A DNA stretch of 60,212 nucleotides from Bacteroidales bacterium UBA1215 (GTDB taxonomy: Bacteria > Bacteroidota > Bacteroidia > Bacteroidales > WCHB1-69), in contig DBXJ01000077.1 in the NCBI GenBank assembly GCA_002309475.1, forward strand, positions 3,471 to 63,682, in the 5' to 3' direction. Positions 55,984 through 60,212 of this stretch are shown here, in pieces. Made by a program: the position numbers and the translations under genes. The stretch's first letter is position 1. Every line of letters starts with the position of its first letter. The notes below the pieces were generated by a model. It was not told the DNA's origin. It made no database searches and was given only the letters and a program-made list of their open reading frames with translations.

Positions 55984-57740
55984 TGGCTGACTTGAAACAA
56001 TGGTTGCCGTTAAGTAAAAAAGAACTTGCACTACATGGCTGGGATAGTGTGGATGTGGTGCTCATATCCGGTGATGCCTATGTGGACCATCCTTCATTTG
56101 GAACTGCTATTATCGGAAGAGTGATTGAAAGAGAAGGATTTAAAGTAGCCATTGTTGCACAACCTAATTGGCAGGACGATTTACGAGATTTTAAAAAGTT
56201 TGGCAAACCGAATTTATTTTTCGCCATCACCTCCGGCAATATGGATTCAATGGTCAACCATTATACGGCCGCCAAACGGCTCCGCTCCACCGACGCCTAT
56301 ACTGCCGGCAACCGCAGCGGTTTTCGCCCCGACTATGCCACAACAGTCTATTCTAATATAGTAAGAAAATTATATCCCGATAGCCTAATCATTCTCGGTG
56401 GCATAGAAGCCTCTCTCCGCCGCCTCACCCACTACGACTACTGGTCTGACCAACTCATGCCAAGTATTTTAGACAGCAGCCAAGCCGACTTGCTGATATA
56501 TGGTATGGGAGAACAACCGATAAAAGCCATTTTGGAAATTTTTAGAAAAAATCCCAAGGCAAAAAAATCCGATTTCTATCAAATTGCACAAATTGGCTAC
56601 AAAATTCCGCAACAAGACTTCCTAAGCGACAACAATACATTGTTTTTACATAGTTTTCAACATTGTCAGAAGTCGAAAGAAAGTTTTGCCCACAACTTCA
56701 AACTTTTTGAAATTGAATCCAACAAGAAACATCCGAAAAGATTGGTAGAAGCCAATCAAGACCATTATATTGTCATCAATCCTCCTTTCCCGACCATAAG
56801 CGAAAGCGATTTAGATGCCGTTTACGAACTTCCTTTTACCCGCTTGCCACATCCGAAATACGACAAAAAAGGCGACATTCCGGCATTTTTGATGATACAA
56901 AACTCTATCAATATTCATCGTGGATGCTTCGGGGGATGCAGTTTTTGCACCATTTCCGCCCATCAAGGCAAATTTATTGCCAGCCGCAGTGAAAAATCTA
57001 TCTTATCGGAAGTGGAAAAAGTAAGCCAAATGCCCTATTTTAAAGGTTACATTAGCGATTTGGGAGGCCCTTCCGCCAACATGTACAAGATGAAAGGCAA
57101 CAACGAACAACTCTGCAATACCTGCCAAAGACCTTCCTGTATATTTCCGGAAAAATGTAAGAATTTAAATTTCAACCACTTTCCGCTGATAGAATTGTAT
57201 CAAAAAGCCTGTCGCATCAAAGGTGTGAAAAAAATTACTATCGGCAGTGGCATACGCTACGATTTATTGCTATGTGACCAAGCTGCCGTCAATAAAGCAT
57301 ATCATATTGACCAATATTGTGAATTGGTTATCCGCAATCATGTATCCGGCAGATTGAAAATAGCACCAGAACACACTGAAAAACACGTCCTTGACTGCAT
57401 GAGAAAACCATCTTTTGAGCATTTTTTGCAATTTAAACAACATTTTGACACCATCAATGCCAAATACCACCTCAACCAACAATTGATACCGTATTTTATC
57501 TCTTCTCACCCCGGTTGCACCTATGCAGATATGGTCAATTTGGCAAAAAAGATGAAACAAATCTGCTATCATCCTGAGCAAGTGCAAGATTTTACCCCCA
57601 CCCCCATGACACTTTCGTCAACTATGTATTATACCGGATTAGACCCTTATACGGGCAAAAAGATATTTTGTGAGACCAATGCTCAGAAAAAGAAAAATCA
57701 AAATGCTTGTTTCTTTATCAACAATCACAAAAAGAAATAG
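55983..57740 (+). CDS. ygiQ: YgiQ-family radical SAM protein
   Basis: 585 aa. The N-terminal GWDSVDVVLISGDAYVDHPSFG block and the CFGGCSFC radical-SAM CxxxCxxC cluster. Confidence 0.85.
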   Translation: MADLKQWLPLSKKELALHGWDSVDVVLISGDAYVDHPSFGTAIIGRVIEREGFKVAIVAQPNWQDDLRDFKKFGKPNLFFAITSGNMDSMVNHYTAAKRLRSTDAYTAGNRSGFRPDYATTVYSNIVRKLYPDSLIILGGIEASLRRLTHYDYWSDQLMPSILDSSQADLLIYGMGEQPIKAILEIFRKNPKAKKSDFYQIAQIGYKIPQQDFLSDNNTLFLHSFQHCQKSKESFAHNFKLFEIESNKKHPKRLVEANQDHYIVINPPFPTISESDLDAVYELPFTRLPHPKYDKKGDIPAFLMIQNSINIHRGCFGGCSFCTISAHQGKFIASRSEKSILSEVEKVSQMPYFKGYISDLGGPSANMYKMKGNNEQLCNTCQRPSCIFPEKCKNLNFNHFPLIELYQKACRIKGVKKITIGSGIRYDLLLCDQAAVNKAYHIDQYCELVIRNHVSGRLKIAPEHTEKHVLDCMRKPSFEHFLQFKQHFDTINAKYHLNQQLIPYFISSHPGCTYADMVNLAKKMKQICYHPEQVQDFTPTPMTLSSTMYYTGLDPYTGKKIFCETNAQKKKNQNACFFINNHKKK

Positions 57741-58700
57741 TTACTCAACAGGTTTGTAGTATTCTCTATTTTTATGTTCCCTTGGCACCAGTTCCTTATT
57801 GTCTTTATTTCTACCCTCCACTCCGGGCTTGAACACCCAGCGACCGTCAGTCTCCATAAAAGCATCATTCAATGAAGATTCCGGAACATAATATTGTGGA
57901 ATTTTTGCCAATGATTCGTCCAAAGGTATCAAACGATTGAAGATAATCATATCCGCCGGAATAGTATCGTAAGTATATTTATTGGTTTTTCTATCCTTCT
58001 TTTCCGACCGTTTGGAATAATATTCACGACTATAATCCAATTGCAATTTGGCTCCTTTGCGGACATATTCGAATATGATACGCATCGGTTTGGTTTTGTT
58101 GTAGCCTTTGAACAAGGGTGCACCAAAGGTAGGTGTGCCTTTGTTACTTAACGACAATACTTCTATCACTTTGTACTGTGAAAACATGTTGCCGCCGCTC
58201 CACCCCAACAAGGTATAGTAGGTTTTGCCGCCATATTCTGTCTGCAACAATTTATAATACATGGCACCAAACCAAGAATTATGTGTCAAGCGTTGCGAAG
58301 AGGGATTGGAGATTTTTTTGCTCCTATCTGTCAAGGGAAAAACCAAATAACGTTTTTGCTGTTCGCTATAAGCCTGCAGAAAGCCGAAGCATTCGCAATT
58401 GTTACGGTCATCCAAAACATACCAAGTAAACAACCGCACATTTTTGTCGGGCGATGTCAACACGGAAATGGTTTTCAAAGAATCGAATTTATAATGAAAA
58501 GAATTTTTCATCCCCAACACCTCTTCAAACAAATAAAGCAATTGCTCATTCATTTGATAGCGATTTTCCATGATAGGTTCCGACAGCATTTGTTGATGAA
58601 TACGGATAATAGAATCTTCCAAGACGGCAAATTCCGCCTTGCGTTGTGCCAATAAACACCATGGCAACATAAAGATTATTATCAATAATTTTCTACCCAC
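57741..58700 (-). CDS. Secreted hypothetical protein
   Basis: 319 aa with a signal peptide (IIIFMLPWCLLAQ). Its stop codon directly abuts the ygiQ stop codon (convergent, 0-nt spacer). Confidence 0.6.
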   Translation of the reverse strand: MGRKLLIIIFMLPWCLLAQRKAEFAVLEDSIIRIHQQMLSEPIMENRYQMNEQLLYLFEEVLGMKNSFHYKFDSLKTISVLTSPDKNVRLFTWYVLDDRNNCECFGFLQAYSEQQKRYLVFPLTDRSKKISNPSSQRLTHNSWFGAMYYKLLQTEYGGKTYYTLLGWSGGNMFSQYKVIEVLSLSNKGTPTFGAPLFKGYNKTKPMRIIFEYVRKGAKLQLDYSREYYSKRSEKKDRKTNKYTYDTIPADMIIFNRLIPLDESLAKIPQYYVPESSLNDAFMETDGRWVFKPGVEGRNKDNKELVPREHKNREYYKPVE

Positions 58701-58772
58701 AACAAATGTTCTAATATATTGTTAACGAGTAATCGTGTTTTTTATTTTACAAATATTATATAAAAAAGTGCA

Positions 58773-58789
58773 GGCGGAAAGATTCCGCC
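58773..58789 (-). terminator. Weak terminator candidate downstream of lpxD
   Basis: The minus strand reads GGCGGaatctttCCGCCtgcacttttttat: only a 5-bp GC stem, with the T-run after a 5-nt spacer. Confidence 0.3.
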
Positions 58790-58829
58790 CACTAGTAAGT
58801 ATCATGAAATAAATCTTTATATTCCGCAA

Positions 58830-59804
58830 TTATTTTTTCTTTAATGCGGCTATTTCTTCTTTCAAAGTGTGAATTTCCTGCATCAAATCGGGCAACATTC
58901 TCAAGGCTGCCAATTCTCTCCATTTCTTATTCACTTCTGTTGCCGGCACACCGAAAAGTACTTTGCCACCGGCAGGCACAGATTTATCTACGCCCGACAT
59001 GGCCAAAATGACAGTTCCTTTACCAATGACAAGATCTTTGTTGATAGAAACGCGTCCCCAAATCACACAATCGTCTTCTATTTTGGTAACGCCTGCAATA
59101 GCAGAATGTGCTCCCACCAAACATCTTTTACCGATAGAAGTATCGTGACCTACTTGTACATGATTGTCGAATTTGGTGCCTTCACCTACAAAAGTATCTC
59201 CGGAAACCCCTTTATCTATGGCACACAAAGCTCCTACTTCCACATTGTCTTCTATGACCGTTCTACCACAAGACTCCATCTTATCCCAGCAATCTTCACG
59301 ATGTTTGAAATAGAATGCCTCGCCGCCTATCACACTATTGGATTGAATGATGACATTGTTGCCGATAATAGTATGGTCGTATATGCTGACATTGGCATGT
59401 ATGATACAATTTTTGCCTATGGTAACATTTTCACCGACAAAAACACCCGGTTGAAGAATAGTTCCTTCACCTATTTTTGCTGTCGGGTGAATGTAAACAT
59501 CTTGTGGATGAAAATGGCGAAAATGTTTAACTATTTTCACATAATCTCTAAAAGGATTGTCTGAAACTATCAAAGTTTTACCATGTCTGTCTTCAGGCAC
59601 TTTGTCAATGATGATGAAACCGGCCTTGCTTTTTAATGATTTTTCATAATATTTTGCAAGATCCACAAAGGTAACATCACCATCTTCTACCATGTGAATT
59701 TCGTTGACACCATGAACCATGCCATTTTCGTCACCGACAATTTTTACATGGTTGCCGATAATGTCAACTAATTGTTTTACAGATATAGGTTGTTCAAAAA
59801 TCAT
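58830..59804 (-). CDS. lpxD: UDP-3-O-(3-hydroxyacyl)glucosamine N-acyltransferase
   Basis: 324 aa. N-terminal LpxD-specific domain, a long left-handed beta-helix hexapeptide run (IGKNCIIHANVSIYDHTIIGNNVIIQSNSVIG...), and a C-terminal helical tail. Confidence 0.9.
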   Translation of the reverse strand: MIFEQPISVKQLVDIIGNHVKIVGDENGMVHGVNEIHMVEDGDVTFVDLAKYYEKSLKSKAGFIIIDKVPEDRHGKTLIVSDNPFRDYVKIVKHFRHFHPQDVYIHPTAKIGEGTILQPGVFVGENVTIGKNCIIHANVSIYDHTIIGNNVIIQSNSVIGGEAFYFKHREDCWDKMESCGRTVIEDNVEVGALCAIDKGVSGDTFVGEGTKFDNHVQVGHDTSIGKRCLVGAHSAIAGVTKIEDDCVIWGRVSINKDLVIGKGTVILAMSGVDKSVPAGGKVLFGVPATEVNKKWRELAALRMLPDLMQEIHTLKEEIAALKKK

Positions 59805-59810
59805 TTTTTG

Positions 59811-60212
59811 TTATTCTTTTACTCTTTCTGCGTAACGATTGGTACGTGTATCAACTTTGATGCGTTCTCCTTCATTGATAAACAATGGCACCATAACTTC
59901 CACACCTGTTTCTACAACGGCTCTTTTCAAAGCATTGGTAGCAGTATCACCTTTTACACCCGGTTCGGTATAAGTTACTTGCAACTCTACAAATGCAGGC
60001 ATTTCGCATGTAAGCGGAGTTTCCGACTGAGTATGATACATCATTTCCACTGTTTGACCTTCTTTCAACAAGCCGGGATTGGAAATCATGCTTTCTTCGA
60101 TGGCTATTTGCTCGAAAGTTTCTGCGTGCATAAAGTTATACATGTCTCCTTCTTTGTATAAAAATTGGTAAGGACGACGTTCCACTCTTGCCAAATCGAT
60201 TTTTACACCTGC
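59811..60212 (-). CDS. efp: Elongation factor P, C-terminal ~133 codons (gene runs off the window end)
   Basis: ...[21 protein letters not shown]...[49 protein letters not shown]. The frame stays open to position 60212. Confidence 0.9.
   Translation of the reverse strand, partial: AGVKIDLARVERRPYQFLYKEGDMYNFMHAETFEQIAIEESMISNPGLLKEGQTVEMMYHTQSETPLTCEMPAFVELQVTYTEPGVKGDTATNALKRAVVETGVEVMVPLFINEGERIKVDTRTNRYAERVKE

Noticed and set aside
57738-57743. Zero-nucleotide spacer between the convergent stop codons of ygiQ and the 319-aa secreted protein gene, with no terminator.
   Set aside because: It is unusual-looking but explainable by tight packing and termination inside the opposing gene. There is nothing further to test from the sequence alone.

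Overview
About 60 kb of a low-GC Bacteroidota-type chromosome. Three things support that assignment: TAnnTTTG '-7' promoter boxes sit in front of most transcription units, many products have lipobox or signal-peptide N-termini, and the gene content includes rpoN, PpiD, TonB-type outer-membrane proteins and a patatin/beta-barrel protein. Most of the window is dense housekeeping sequence: mfd (5' fragment), ppiD, tdh-like, alaS, trmB, an M16 peptidase, tadA, rpoN, ddl, ileS, relA/spoT, queG, asd, rseP, dxr, an OadA-family carboxyltransferase, rsmA, nadB, a MATE exporter, ftsE, a GT2 glycosyltransferase, ygiQ, lpxD and efp (3' fragment). I saw no rRNA, tRNA, CRISPR array, transposase or integrase. 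Three stretches do not look like core genome. (1) 50.5-54.2 kb is a clearly more AT-rich island of four uncharacterised genes between the MATE exporter and ftsE. It holds a co-oriented pair (a BspA-type LRR protein followed by a protein with an endonuclease-III-like HhH...Asp signature), flanked by two small proteins that look like distant paralogues. This is my best candidate for an undescribed, possibly conflict or defence-type, system. (2) 27.6-29.9 kb holds an AT-rich small lipoprotein gene plus a 553-aa secreted protein with a C-terminal CxxC module. Its roughly 130-bp promoter-upstream module is repeated almost exactly in front of a second AT-rich lipoprotein gene at 8.0 kb. (3) 4.87-6.06 kb is a 1.2-kb non-coding spacer between convergent genes. 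It contains three direct-repeat families, a decayed copy of a tiny lipoprotein gene and a run of perfect short GC-rich hairpins. Product calls come from motif recognition by eye in the supplied translations, not from database searches.
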